64,000 bases of DNA from an uncultured virus (IMG/VR IMGVR_UViG_3300044701_004307) (Duplodnaviria; Heunggongvirae; Uroviricota; Caudoviricetes). Both the position numbers and the translations under genes were made by a program. The notes below the pieces were generated by a model. It saw nothing but the letters and a program-made list of their open reading frames with translations. It did not search any database and was not told the origin of the DNA. Shown here piece after piece: positions 8,055-17,411 of this stretch. Positions within the stretch are counted from its first letter, which is position 1; each line of letters begins with the position of its first letter. Where the stretch lies: IMG/VR virus record IMGVR_UViG_3300044701_004307; one strand, 5' to 3'.

Positions 8055-9521
8055 TCACTCAGTGGCGAGTGGATTTGTTGTTACGGGCTCGAAGGGAATT
8101 TCAGGATTTTCTGGCTGAACAGGATCCGGCTCCTCCTCGATAATTCGCTCAATCTCAAGATCAACGTCAAGATCAGGATCAATAGCACCTCCTCTCTGAA
8201 GCTCATCAAGGACGGTTTTCTTGCTGAGGATTTTTGCGTTGTACAGACCAACGAGTTGTGCGATTTCAGAAGCCTCCAACGGCTTGGTAATTAGGCTATT
8301 ATTCATCGCGATGCCTGACTCCTTGGTTAGGCTTGCAAGTTCGCCACTCCAGGCGGCCCACAACCTCATAATGGTCGACAGGGTCGATGTCTTGTTGCGG
8401 ATCATCCCAGCAACCTGACTAGAGACCTGCGACGACCGCAGCGCAGCTTCGGTAGCTGTTTTGACGCTGCTGCCGTAAAGGAATTGAAGACTCGACTGAT
8501 GCATGAGCTCCTGCAGGCTCCGCAGTTCAGCCTGATGCCTTTCCAGACTTTTGCCAGAAGTTTCAACCACTTCCAGGCTCCCGTCTGTCGGCAGATCAAC
8601 GCCCGTATTGGGTCCCAGCAGCAGGGGAGCGGGCCGGCCGTTTACGCCCATCGGAGCACCCTTGCGCACGATAATCGGCAGGCTGCAACGATGAAGAAGC
8701 TCTACCAGCGATGATTTCATGCGGTAATAGTCCAAGGACATTTCCGCCAGGGCATTCATGGGCAGATCGCTAGCGCCAAATCGTGAGTCAGAGCTGCCGT
8801 ACCACGTAATCGGCACTACCGGCAAGGAGGTCTCAACGATTCCCTGCGAAACAGCCTGCCACTTGCCATCAGCCTTCACCACCCGGAATGTCTCCATGGT
8901 CCCAGGCTTCATGACCTGATAAACCGGCTCGATGATGCATCCGTAGCCCTTGGGGTCCGGTACGGCCCTCAGTTGCCGAACCGTGGCGTGACGAATTACT
9001 TCACGACCGTTGATGTATTCACTACTCCAGTTGACCAGGTCCTTACGCTCGATAAGCATCAAGTAAGGATCTCGGCCGTCATTCTGCTCGTCCAGGAAGT
9101 TGGTACCGGAACCCGGAGGCATGTCTGTGATGATATAGCATCCCCCGTCCCTGAGCACCAGCTCATCGGCCTTGCTCATGAAGGCGTAGATACTGGACCC
9201 TCGATGATCAACGTCCTGCTCGGCCTTCTGCATTGAAGGCGGGGCATCGATTAGCTTGAAGCGACTCAGGAGACCACTGTAGGCCCGCAAGGCGTCCCTA
9301 TAGAGGGGAGGATAGGAGGTTCGATTGAGCCTAGCTTTATAGGCCTCTGAAGGCTCCCCGGGTTCTTTTGGCAGGTACTTAGATTTCTCACTCCCTCGCC
9401 CATTGGTATTAAGCAGCGAATAGCAATCCAGTGCTACCTCTAGGCTTGACAAAAGCGCCTGCAGCTCAGCTCGGTGGAACGAAGGCAGGGCCGGGTCATT
9501 GATCGGATGTGAGACGTCCAT
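8055..9521 (-). CDS. portal protein (DUF4055-like)
   Basis: YLPKEPGE..EAY.ARL.R N-terminal motif; KTATEA motif; 488 aa with acidic tail. Confidence 0.85.
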   Translation of the reverse strand: MDVSHPINDPALPSFHRAELQALLSSLEVALDCYSLLNTNGRGSEKSKYLPKEPGEPSEAYKARLNRTSYPPLYRDALRAYSGLLSRFKLIDAPPSMQKAEQDVDHRGSSIYAFMSKADELVLRDGGCYIITDMPPGSGTNFLDEQNDGRDPYLMLIERKDLVNWSSEYINGREVIRHATVRQLRAVPDPKGYGCIIEPVYQVMKPGTMETFRVVKADGKWQAVSQGIVETSLPVVPITWYGSSDSRFGASDLPMNALAEMSLDYYRMKSSLVELLHRCSLPIIVRKGAPMGVNGRPAPLLLGPNTGVDLPTDGSLEVVETSGKSLERHQAELRSLQELMHQSSLQFLYGSSVKTATEAALRSSQVSSQVAGMIRNKTSTLSTIMRLWAAWSGELASLTKESGIAMNNSLITKPLEASEIAQLVGLYNAKILSKKTVLDELQRGGAIDPDLDVDLEIERIIEEEPDPVQPENPEIPFEPVTTNPLATE

Positions 9522-9639
9522 TCTTACTGGTGGCCGGTGCGCACGCGGCCTAGGTTAGTTTGCCGGCCAGGGCTGGATGTTGAGCCAACCATGGTTTAAT
9601 CAATGCTAGAAGTCGTTACTATAATATTTCCCAGCGTCA

Positions 9640-10140
9640 TCACCCCTTTGACGCCTCAACTGTTTCGGCGCCTTGATAGCGTCCCGTGCAACTATAGTTC
9701 CGGCGTGGTTCGTCTTGCATTGTCGTAAATCTTATCTGCCCAATCCGCATGCCAGCTATTAATGGTAAGTTGCGGTAGCGGCTGTAATTTTTAAGTTCCA
9801 GCGTCACTCGGCCAACAAAACCCGGGTCAATATATGCAGCCAACGCATGATTGTACCCTTCTCTACCCCGGCTGCTTTTCAGGCAAAAAACGGCCTCCAG
9901 CTTTGGCGGGATCACCAATGATTCTTCAGTGTGAGCCAAAACAAATTCACCCGGAGCAAGATTATATTTGTCTTGCGAGATGTCTATCTCGGCCCAATTA
10001 CCCTCTTCAGTTTCGATTAGCAGGGTTCGCCCTAGGACGACGTCATAGGAGGCGGGATTTAACTGATCAAGAGAAAAAGGACTAATAAGCCTGTCTCGTT
10101 GGGCCGCAAGTGCGATCTCATAGTCTGGAAGTGTGCTCAT
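9640..10140 (-). CDS. dcd: dCTP deaminase
   Basis: LNPASYD, LAHT.E, LKSSRGREG, YIDPGF.G..TLEL, IGQ, Y...GRYQ. Confidence 0.92.
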   Translation of the reverse strand: MSTLPDYEIALAAQRDRLISPFSLDQLNPASYDVVLGRTLLIETEEGNWAEIDISQDKYNLAPGEFVLAHTEESLVIPPKLEAVFCLKSSRGREGYNHALAAYIDPGFVGRVTLELKNYSRYRNLPLIAGMRIGQIRFTTMQDEPRRNYSCTGRYQGAETVEASKG

Positions 10141-10415
10141 CTTTTTGCTTCCTGCTTAATTGCCTTCTTGTATTCTTTTGCGTCTAAAAAGAAGCCAGTA
10201 CCCGTTTCTTCTTTTCTTGCCTTGAGCAATAGGCTAAAAGCGTCCTGCACTTTCAGTAGTCGATGGACATTTTCCTGCAGATTAATTTTTTTGTACGCAT
10301 TGTATTCGGCCCAATGAGTACAGAAATTACGCAAGGCCTCTTTAACCCTGTCGGAATAGTGGCCATGCCTGCCCAGGTCCCAGCCCCAGCGCTCGTGCCT
10401 GCCCTCTTCTATCAT
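10137..10415 (-). CDS. hypothetical protein
   Basis: 92 aa; TGATAGAAT at 10443-10451 upstream; ATGA coupling to dcd. Confidence 0.55.
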   Translation of the reverse strand: MIEEGRHERWGWDLGRHGHYSDRVKEALRNFCTHWAEYNAYKKINLQENVHRLLKVQDAFSLLLKARKEETGTGFFLDAKEYKKAIKQEAKR

Positions 10416-10442
10416 AAAAAAAGTGGGGTCGTTAACCCCACT
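10416..10442 (-). terminator. rho-independent terminator after dUTPase
   Basis: agtgggg/ccccact stem plus a U-tract on the minus strand. Confidence 0.7.
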
Positions 10443-10461
10443 ATTCTATCAGATTCAGGCC

Positions 10462-11103
10462 TTACAGTGCCGTTGACCCGAATCCACCAATCGCACGTTT
10501 TGTCGCTGTGAAGATTGAGTCATTCGTAGTGGTTTGACTGCTGGATTGATCGATCACAAGCGCAAAAACCCCCTGCGCAATGCGTGCTCCATGCCTGAAG
10601 GCATGATAATTATTGCTATTATTTGTCAAGGAAACTTTAATCCAGTCTTGATAGCCGGAGTCAACGAGCCCAGGCGAATTTGTCACTGTAACATTGTGCT
10701 TGCAGGCGAGGCCACTTCGTGGCAAGATGTTATAGCAAGGCACGAAAGATGACCAAGGCGATCCCAAGTTTTTTAAATCAGGAAACAAAATCTTGAAGCC
10801 AGAATTGACCAGCACTGTTGCACCTGGGTAAAGCAAAATAGCGCCATCCTGGCTAATCAGATCAAGGAAATTCCCTTCGGAAGAAGGCTGGTCTTTTCCA
10901 TCCACAAAAAGATTACTTTTTGCGCTTGGCGCTTGTTTGGACACGCTCTGGGCGTAATTTGAGTAAAAAGCCTTGGCCTTGTCCAGTGAGTATTCATCCG
11001 TTACGCGAGCACTGATGTCACCACCAGCATCCTCTCCGGGATGGGCAACCTTGGGAGCGAAGGCTTCTTCGCCAGGAAGAGTGTAGAAGGTTGGCGAGAG
11101 CAT
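10462..11103 (-). CDS. dut: trimeric dUTPase with an insertion
   Basis: Motifs DAGGD, PRSGLA, PGLVDSGY, RIAQ and R..GGFGST. Confidence 0.9.
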   Translation of the reverse strand: MLSPTFYTLPGEEAFAPKVAHPGEDAGGDISARVTDEYSLDKAKAFYSNYAQSVSKQAPSAKSNLFVDGKDQPSSEGNFLDLISQDGAILLYPGATVLVNSGFKILFPDLKNLGSPWSSFVPCYNILPRSGLACKHNVTVTNSPGLVDSGYQDWIKVSLTNNSNNYHAFRHGARIAQGVFALVIDQSSSQTTTNDSIFTATKRAIGGFGSTAL

Positions 11104-11137
11104 GGGATAACGCATCAACCAGTACACATTAGCAGAC

Positions 11138-13084
11138 CTACCCCTGGCAGGCAAGACATTCAGAGTACTCGGGGCCCGAGGAGCCGTTCAGCAGCGCGTC
11201 AAGCCCTTGGTATCCACCCTCCACATGCTGGCCGTTTAGCCAGATCTGGGGAACAGTATCCCATTGCCATTCGTTATCTGCAAACAGCGAACGGTCTTTC
11301 TCTTCAATTGCGTAGCCACGCTCCTGGAGGAGACTTTTAGCCTTGACGCACCACGGACAGCCATCTTTTGTTACGACCAGCGCGACTGGCTTGGCCACGT
11401 TCGTCGGCTTTGTTTTTTTAACCTGCAGGGATGACGATTTCAGGTAATACAGGCTCTTCAGGCCATTCTTCCAGGCAGTCAGATGCAGGCGGATCAATTC
11501 GTCGGCCGGAATCTCGGGGTCTACAAATAGATTAAGTGACTGACCCTGACACACAAATGGCTGACGGTCTGCGGCCTGCTTGATCAATTCAAACTGATCA
11601 AGCTCGCGAGCCGTCTTGAATACCTCTTTGGTCTGATCGCTCAGAAAAGAAAGATGCTGTACGCTTCCACGTTCTTCACGGATTGAATCCCAAACCTCTG
11701 GGGTATTCTGTCCAATGGTCTCGAAGTGAGCCTCTAGGTATGGATTTTTGCGGACGAAGGTCCCTTTGGCATTAGCTGCGACAAACAGGTTGGCCACCAA
11801 TGGTTCAATACCTTCAGAGACGGCGCCGCAAATTACGCTATTGGTTTTGGTGGGTGCAATAGCCGTACGGGTAGCATGACGCACGCCGTTGCCTTCGCAC
11901 CACTCAGGTTCGCCATATTCCCTGGCCATGTCTTGAGAGGCCTTGAGCGTCAGGCGATTGATGAGTTGATGGACCTCAATGTTCAGGTCACGCGCGGCTT
12001 TGCTGGAGAACGGAAGACCGCGAGACTGGTACAGGGCATGCAAGCCCATAGTGCCGAGACCCAGTGAGCGAGACTTTTTGGCAAAACGCACTGCACGACC
12101 CATCGAGGGCAGGCGTTCGGCCTTGTGAATGAACTCGGTAACAACTGCTTCCAGGAAATAAAGAGCAAGTTCTGGGGCAGTCTTTTGAGTCTGAGAACCC
12201 TTCCAATCTTTCCATTCGTCGTACTTGGCAAGGTTCAGCGAACTGAGCACACAAACGAAAGTATGGCTTTCGTCGGTGGGCAGGAAGATTTCAGAACACA
12301 GATTAGAAGTCGATATGGTTAAGTTGCGCTGCTTAAAGCAGTCTGGAGCCTGATCATTCGCATTGTCCGTGAAGATAATATATGGCGAGCCTGTCATCAT
12401 ACGACTTTTCAGGACCTCGGCAAAGATTTCAAGCTTTGACTTGTCGCCAGCGATCAAGGCTTCGATCCATTCGTTCCGTACCGTAACTGCCAAGTTGCTG
12501 TCGATGAAGTTTCGCGGATCTCCCTGTGAATGATCCTTACAGCGCAACACCTCTGCCAAGTCAGGATGATCAATGTCTAGGTACAGAGCAAATGATCCCC
12601 GACGTGTATTTCCCTGCGAAACAACGCTGGCGGCAAGATCATACTGCCTCATCCATGGCACGACTCCGGTTGACTTGCCACCACTGGCAATCGGAGCTCC
12701 ACTCGGGCGAATGTCTCCGAAGTAAATGCCAACGCCACCGCCATTCTTGCTTAGGGCCGCGACCTCTTTGAGGTGACTGTAAATACTGTAAACCGAATCG
12801 TCGGGATGAACGCTATAGCAGGAGATAGGGAGGCCTCGGCTTGTGCCAAAATTGCTCAAGACAGGAGTTGCACCACCTAGATACCCACGCCAAAACATCT
12901 CCAGAATATCGGTTCCGATTCCCGGCAGTTTCAGGGCCTTTTCTGCTGCGGTAGCGCACCGCTTCCACATATCACGAGCGGTTTCCCCAGGCAGCAGGTA
13001 TCCCTTGCCAAGGACTTGCTGAGCTTCTTCGCTCAGCCATTCAGGATGAGTATGAAGGCTGCCGGGATCGAAGATGGTCATCAA
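11138..13084 (-). CDS. nrdA: class I ribonucleotide reductase alpha subunit with a glutaredoxin domain before the C-terminal CxxC tail
   Basis: LPISC, GGGVG, SNLCSEI, FVCVLSSLN, AIAPT, KSLYY; then CPWC...TVPQI...GGY; ends ECLACQG. Confidence 0.95.
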   Translation of the reverse strand: MMTIFDPGSLHTHPEWLSEEAQQVLGKGYLLPGETARDMWKRCATAAEKALKLPGIGTDILEMFWRGYLGGATPVLSNFGTSRGLPISCYSVHPDDSVYSIYSHLKEVAALSKNGGGVGIYFGDIRPSGAPIASGGKSTGVVPWMRQYDLAASVVSQGNTRRGSFALYLDIDHPDLAEVLRCKDHSQGDPRNFIDSNLAVTVRNEWIEALIAGDKSKLEIFAEVLKSRMMTGSPYIIFTDNANDQAPDCFKQRNLTISTSNLCSEIFLPTDESHTFVCVLSSLNLAKYDEWKDWKGSQTQKTAPELALYFLEAVVTEFIHKAERLPSMGRAVRFAKKSRSLGLGTMGLHALYQSRGLPFSSKAARDLNIEVHQLINRLTLKASQDMAREYGEPEWCEGNGVRHATRTAIAPTKTNSVICGAVSEGIEPLVANLFVAANAKGTFVRKNPYLEAHFETIGQNTPEVWDSIREERGSVQHLSFLSDQTKEVFKTARELDQFELIKQAADRQPFVCQGQSLNLFVDPEIPADELIRLHLTAWKNGLKSLYYLKSSSLQVKKTKPTNVAKPVALVVTKDGCPWCVKAKSLLQERGYAIEEKDRSLFADNEWQWDTVPQIWLNGQHVEGGYQGLDALLNGSSGPEYSECLACQG

Positions 13085-14088
13085 ACAAGCTCCAAGTTGA
13101 GACTGGACAGATTGACAGAACTAAAATCTTGCGCGGGTTTTGAGATGTAGGAGTCGCCAGCCTTTTGACGGGCAAAAAAGTCTGTAGACATTTGGCCGGA
13201 TGCCATTGGATCGAACCATGAAGAGATTCTTGATTCAAGCCTGGTTTCTTCGGGTGTCATTTCAATGTTTGCCGACAAGCCAAGCCGACGCAGCCTGTTG
13301 TTGGCACGAGCCTTAATATAAGCCTTTAGCTCGTTGAGTGCGACCGGGATTGCGGCATTGTCAATTTTGTTAAAGATATTGTCCAGGAAGGCATACTCGT
13401 TTTCAATTACCGCGTCGAAACCTTGGTAAATCTCAGCCACTTCTTGATCAGTGATGCCAGTCTCTTTTACTAGTTCCCTGAAAAGCTCGCATCCCCCTTC
13501 GCTATGGCATGATTCATCATTAATGCTCCATGAGATGATTTGAGCCAATCCCTTGAAGCGACCATCCTTGCTGAATGCCAGCAAAATGGCGAAGGAACTG
13601 TACAGGCTGACTCCTTCCCCGGCGCCCGAGAACACAGCAAGGCTGACCTTGTCGCTGGAGCAGTTCTGAAAGAATTTTTCGACCTTTTGCTGGGCAATCG
13701 GGTCACTAAGGAACTCCTCGAATTCGTTGATACCCAGAGTGTCTGACAAGTAGTTATAAGCGGCCGCATGAATCTGTTCAAAGGCTGAAAACATGCGTGC
13801 CATGGCATGAACCTCTGGCTTGGGTGTCATCTGGCAAACCTTGTCGCCCCAGTAACATCCAATGCCAAGCTCTGTCGACGTAAAGCCGCGAAGGATGCCG
13901 ATCACCAGGTCGCGTTCGGCCTGGGTGGTATTGTGCTGCCAGTCCCTTACATCAGCGCTAAGGGAAACCTCCTGGGGCCTCCATACGCTAGCCAATGCTT
14001 TTTCGTAATACTCAAAGAATTGCGGATAGTCAAAGCCGTGATCCAGCTTGTAGACCATTGGCGGATGGGAGAGCAAGGATCGAGGCAT
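13081..14088 (-). CDS. nrdB: class I ribonucleotide reductase beta subunit
   Basis: W.P.EV, E..H...Y, EG..LYSSF, DE..H; start reassigned to MPRSLL. Confidence 0.93.
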   Translation of the reverse strand: MPRSLLSHPPMVYKLDHGFDYPQFFEYYEKALASVWRPQEVSLSADVRDWQHNTTQAERDLVIGILRGFTSTELGIGCYWGDKVCQMTPKPEVHAMARMFSAFEQIHAAAYNYLSDTLGINEFEEFLSDPIAQQKVEKFFQNCSSDKVSLAVFSGAGEGVSLYSSFAILLAFSKDGRFKGLAQIISWSINDESCHSEGGCELFRELVKETGITDQEVAEIYQGFDAVIENEYAFLDNIFNKIDNAAIPVALNELKAYIKARANNRLRRLGLSANIEMTPEETRLESRISSWFDPMASGQMSTDFFARQKAGDSYISKPAQDFSSVNLSSLNLELV

Positions 14089-14185
14089 GATACAGAGATA
14101 AAAAATGGGCCATGCAGCCCTATGGATAGCGAAGTTAGTCTGCCTGCCAAAAGATAGCGCAGGTAATAATTCAACAATCAATTAA

Positions 14186-14464
14186 TTAATCTTGAGTGTA
14201 CCTTGAAAGTCCAGGAATCAATGGATTACAGACTGACAGGTCTTTCTTAGTGGAACACTCAAGAATGGTGGCAAATGTCGGGAGTTCAGAGGAATCAACT
14301 CTTTTCAGGAGTTCATCTTTAACGTAACTCCATTCTTCAACGTAGTCTCGATTGAGACGATGCAGAAGAATACATGCCTTGTCGTAGTTGCATTGGCGCA
14401 GCATCTCCAGGACGGCGTCAATTGACTCTTGAACTCTAGGTCCGAATCCAGAGATGCTGGCCAC
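14186..14464 (-). CDS. hypothetical protein
   Basis: 92-aa ORF in an operon-like context. Confidence 0.45.
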   Translation of the reverse strand: MASISGFGPRVQESIDAVLEMLRQCNYDKACILLHRLNRDYVEEWSYVKDELLKRVDSSELPTFATILECSTKKDLSVCNPLIPGLSRYTQD

Positions 14465-14598
14465 TTACCGTCCTTGCCCCCTGTAGCGCTTCCGCCCATG
14501 GCTCGGCTTCGAGCGCAATCCATTGCCCTGGCGTGTTTTCTTGCCCGGACGATCAATTTGGATTACGTTGCCGTTCAAGGTTTTTTTGCTGCTGGATT

Positions 14599-14832
14599 TC
14601 ATTGCTCAATTGCGGGGATGGTGAAGCCGAAAGCCTCAGTGGATACTGTAGCAGATTTTCCCAGTGCCTCCTTGAGAATCCATTGCGTTGCGGCTTTTTG
14701 GGTCAGCCACCCGCCGAGGAGGACCTTGGCGATATCTCTTAGTTCCTTGACGTCAGTCGACTCGTCAATCGCCCTGCTAAACCGTTCTTTGTTGAACGAG
14801 TCAGACAAAGACAGCTCAAAGGGATTGGACAT
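14599..14832 (-). CDS. nblA: NblA-like phycobilisome degradation adaptor
   Basis: ELSLSDSF..ERF.RAID......LR..AK.LL..W..QKAA..W helix-loop-helix pattern resembling viral NblA-like proteins. Confidence 0.7.
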   Translation of the reverse strand: MSNPFELSLSDSFNKERFSRAIDESTDVKELRDIAKVLLGGWLTQKAATQWILKEALGKSATVSTEAFGFTIPAIEQ

Positions 14833-14952
14833 AATGAAATGCGGTGCCCATTGATAATAACATAGCTTTCCCGAGACCATTACGTATGCGACTCATGAAA
14901 CTCTTCGCTATACGACCAGGCCCCATCTATCCCTTCCATGTGAGCCCTGGGC

Positions 14953-15174
14953 TCAGTCTTCGGCCAACAGTCCACAGAGCTGGTCGTAGCCGCCTATCAG
15001 CTCTTTCTCGCCATGGCTTATTCGGTAGATCGCCGGCCACGTCGGCCATTCATCGCACTCTTCCGTAAGCGTCTCGTAGTTGAGCCCGTAATGCTCAAAT
15101 AGTGCCTTGGCGCGCAAACACCACGGACAATTGTCTTTTACGTAGATCAGATAAAGGCAGGAGTCATTGCTCAC
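14953..15174 (-). CDS. glutaredoxin
   Basis: CPWC active site, TWPAI, IGGYDQL. Confidence 0.88.
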   Translation of the reverse strand: MSNDSCLYLIYVKDNCPWCLRAKALFEHYGLNYETLTEECDEWPTWPAIYRISHGEKELIGGYDQLCGLLAED

Positions 15175-16741
15175 TTGTCTGAATGCTGCTCAACAATACG
15201 CGCTCGGCATGATCAAGGATACCATCCTCTCTGACCATTTTAATGGTAGGCATGACTATGGGCCTAAGTGTGCGAGTGTACTGAGGCTCGCAAACCGCAA
15301 GTACAGTCATTACCATTTCGGGCGTCACTGCTGCTCCAAACTTTTCAAGCTCATCAATTCGATTCCACAACCAAAGATGAGAAGGCCCCTGTAGCAAGGG
15401 CATTAACGATACCAGTCTTGCGCGAGTTTCCGGGAAATGAATGTAGGATCTCAATGTCCGCTTTTCAGCTTGGCTACGAACCCAGGATGGAACGGGCTTG
15501 GACCATGTTCCAGAATGTCGAAGCTTGGGCAGTGATTTATTCCAGTTCTGTGCTAGTTTTGCCGCGCTTTTACTGTCGGAAGCAAGAACTTTTGCCGCTT
15601 TATCGACGTAATACTGCCGCAGTGCTGGCGATTTTATCGACTCAACAAGCTCACGGATTGCAGTCTCAACCTTAGAGAAATAATGCGTATCAGACCTGTC
15701 CAACCCGGCCAGCCACTTGTCAATTTGCCAGTCGAGCCATTGCGGAGCCTCCTCAATAATGTCATGAAGGTCAATGCCAGAGCGGATACACTCATCAGGG
15801 TCTTTGTTGTCAGGCAACTGAGCGATGGTAATAGTCACATCACCACGACAGGCGGCTGGCCCAACAACTTTTATAAAATGCTCAATGGCTTTCTGTCCAC
15901 CGGCATCGCCGTCGTAACACAATACGAATCTGCGGCACTGTCTAATGAAGCGATTGATTGCCTCTTTGGGAGGGCCCGCAGTTCCCTGCGTCGCCACTAC
16001 GTTCGCTAAGCCATATTGATACATGGAAATCACGTCAAAGTGCCCTTCCACGAAAATTAGATAGCCGGCAGTCCGAGCAGCCTTCAAGGCGCGGTGCTCG
16101 TTGAACAACAAATTACCCTTGTCAAAGAGTTCGCTTGATGCAGAATTCTTGTACTTTTGAGTGGATTGAGTGCTGTCGATTTGTCGGCCAGTGAATCCAA
16201 TTAAGGTGCCTCGGTGGTCATGGATTGGAACTGTCACACGCCCGGAAAAGTATCCACTCCCTGCCCAGCCAAGCTCGAATGCCTTGGACGAATCTGGGCT
16301 CACTCCTCTTTCAAGTAACCACTGACGAGCTTGAAACCCCGAATCCGACCTAATGGCATCCCTAAAGCCACGTTGTTGCTGCTCGACAACCGCGAGGGCA
16401 TTCTTGCGTTGGCGAGCCAGCTCGAGGGCTTCTTCAGTGTTTAAATTGTCGTACTCAACAAGGATTTTATGCTTCTCTGCGATGCGCTCAATCGCATCGG
16501 CGAAGCCAAGACCGAATTTCTGTTCTATGTATGCAATTCCGTCACTTCCGCCGCCACAGGCAAAGCAGAAGCACATGTTCTTGTCATCATTAATTGTTAA
16601 TGATGGCGAAGAATCTGAATGCCAAGGACATAGGGTGACAGCCTCTCGACCGATACGCTTGAATTCAATCCCCTCGGCCTCCAGGATCTCTGTCAGCGGG
16701 ACCTGGCGAACTCTTGTTATAGTCGAGTCCTTGATTGACAT
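15164..16741 (-). CDS. dnaG: DnaG-type DNA primase
   Basis: CHC2 zinc finger (CPWH...CFAC), FTGR, KYKNS, TOPRIM VEG.FD and YDGD.GG, KDPD. Confidence 0.95.
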   Translation of the reverse strand: MSIKDSTITRVRQVPLTEILEAEGIEFKRIGREAVTLCPWHSDSSPSLTINDDKNMCFCFACGGGSDGIAYIEQKFGLGFADAIERIAEKHKILVEYDNLNTEEALELARQRKNALAVVEQQQRGFRDAIRSDSGFQARQWLLERGVSPDSSKAFELGWAGSGYFSGRVTVPIHDHRGTLIGFTGRQIDSTQSTQKYKNSASSELFDKGNLLFNEHRALKAARTAGYLIFVEGHFDVISMYQYGLANVVATQGTAGPPKEAINRFIRQCRRFVLCYDGDAGGQKAIEHFIKVVGPAACRGDVTITIAQLPDNKDPDECIRSGIDLHDIIEEAPQWLDWQIDKWLAGLDRSDTHYFSKVETAIRELVESIKSPALRQYYVDKAAKVLASDSKSAAKLAQNWNKSLPKLRHSGTWSKPVPSWVRSQAEKRTLRSYIHFPETRARLVSLMPLLQGPSHLWLWNRIDELEKFGAAVTPEMVMTVLAVCEPQYTRTLRPIVMPTIKMVREDGILDHAERVLLSSIQTSEQ

Positions 16742-16767
16742 GAGGATGCTGGGGGGATTGAAGCAGC

Positions 16768-17409
16768 TTACTCCAGCCTGAGCAATCTGGCAAGCTCATC
16801 CCTCACCGTCTTTGGCGGCTCGATTGCGCGACTTTTGCAGTACTTGACAAGCCGCTCCTTGAAGGCATCTGGCATTGTGCTCAGCACTTCAGAGGCCTCC
16901 TCGCGAAAAGGGCTCAAGCGATCAACCTCGTCTGGTTCCAGCGCCGCCGTTGGGGTCGCCTGATCCTTTAGCTCGAGTGGAGGACCGGAGCACGCTGACT
17001 TGGTGTCCTGCCACTCTTTGAGGTCGATCTCCAGCGCTTCACAGATCTCGATATCGGTCATGCCACGATTCAGCATGCGACGACCCTTGACCCACAGTTC
17101 GCGCATTCGATGCGTCAGGCGCATGGAATACGTTCGATCTCGAATGTAATGCAAGATACTGCCACGAATGTAAGGCACGGCCAACGAAGAAAACTTCATC
17201 GACTTGCCCGTCTGTTCATTTAACAGTTCAGGATCATACCTTGCCGCTGCCTGGCATAGTCCTTCAAAAGCCGCTGACTCGAGAATCAAGTACTCAATAT
17301 TTGTTGAGCGCTGATACTTCCATGCAATATCCCTGGCTAGATTTAGATTGGATGCGGCCAGGACCTGCTGCTCTTTAGTGAGACGTAAGTCTCTGCCGCG
17401 CTTAGCCAT
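16768..17409 (-). CDS. group 3 (SigF/SigB-like) RNA polymerase sigma factor
   Basis: NLNLAR..A, EGLCQAA.RYDP, KFSSLAVPYIRGSILHYIRD, EI.EALEI; region 4 degenerate or short. Confidence 0.85.
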   Translation of the reverse strand: MAKRGRDLRLTKEQQVLAASNLNLARDIAWKYQRSTNIEYLILESAAFEGLCQAAARYDPELLNEQTGKSMKFSSLAVPYIRGSILHYIRDRTYSMRLTHRMRELWVKGRRMLNRGMTDIEICEALEIDLKEWQDTKSACSGPPLELKDQATPTAALEPDEVDRLSPFREEASEVLSTMPDAFKERLVKYCKSRAIEPPKTVRDELARLLRLE

Positions 17410-17411
17410 GT

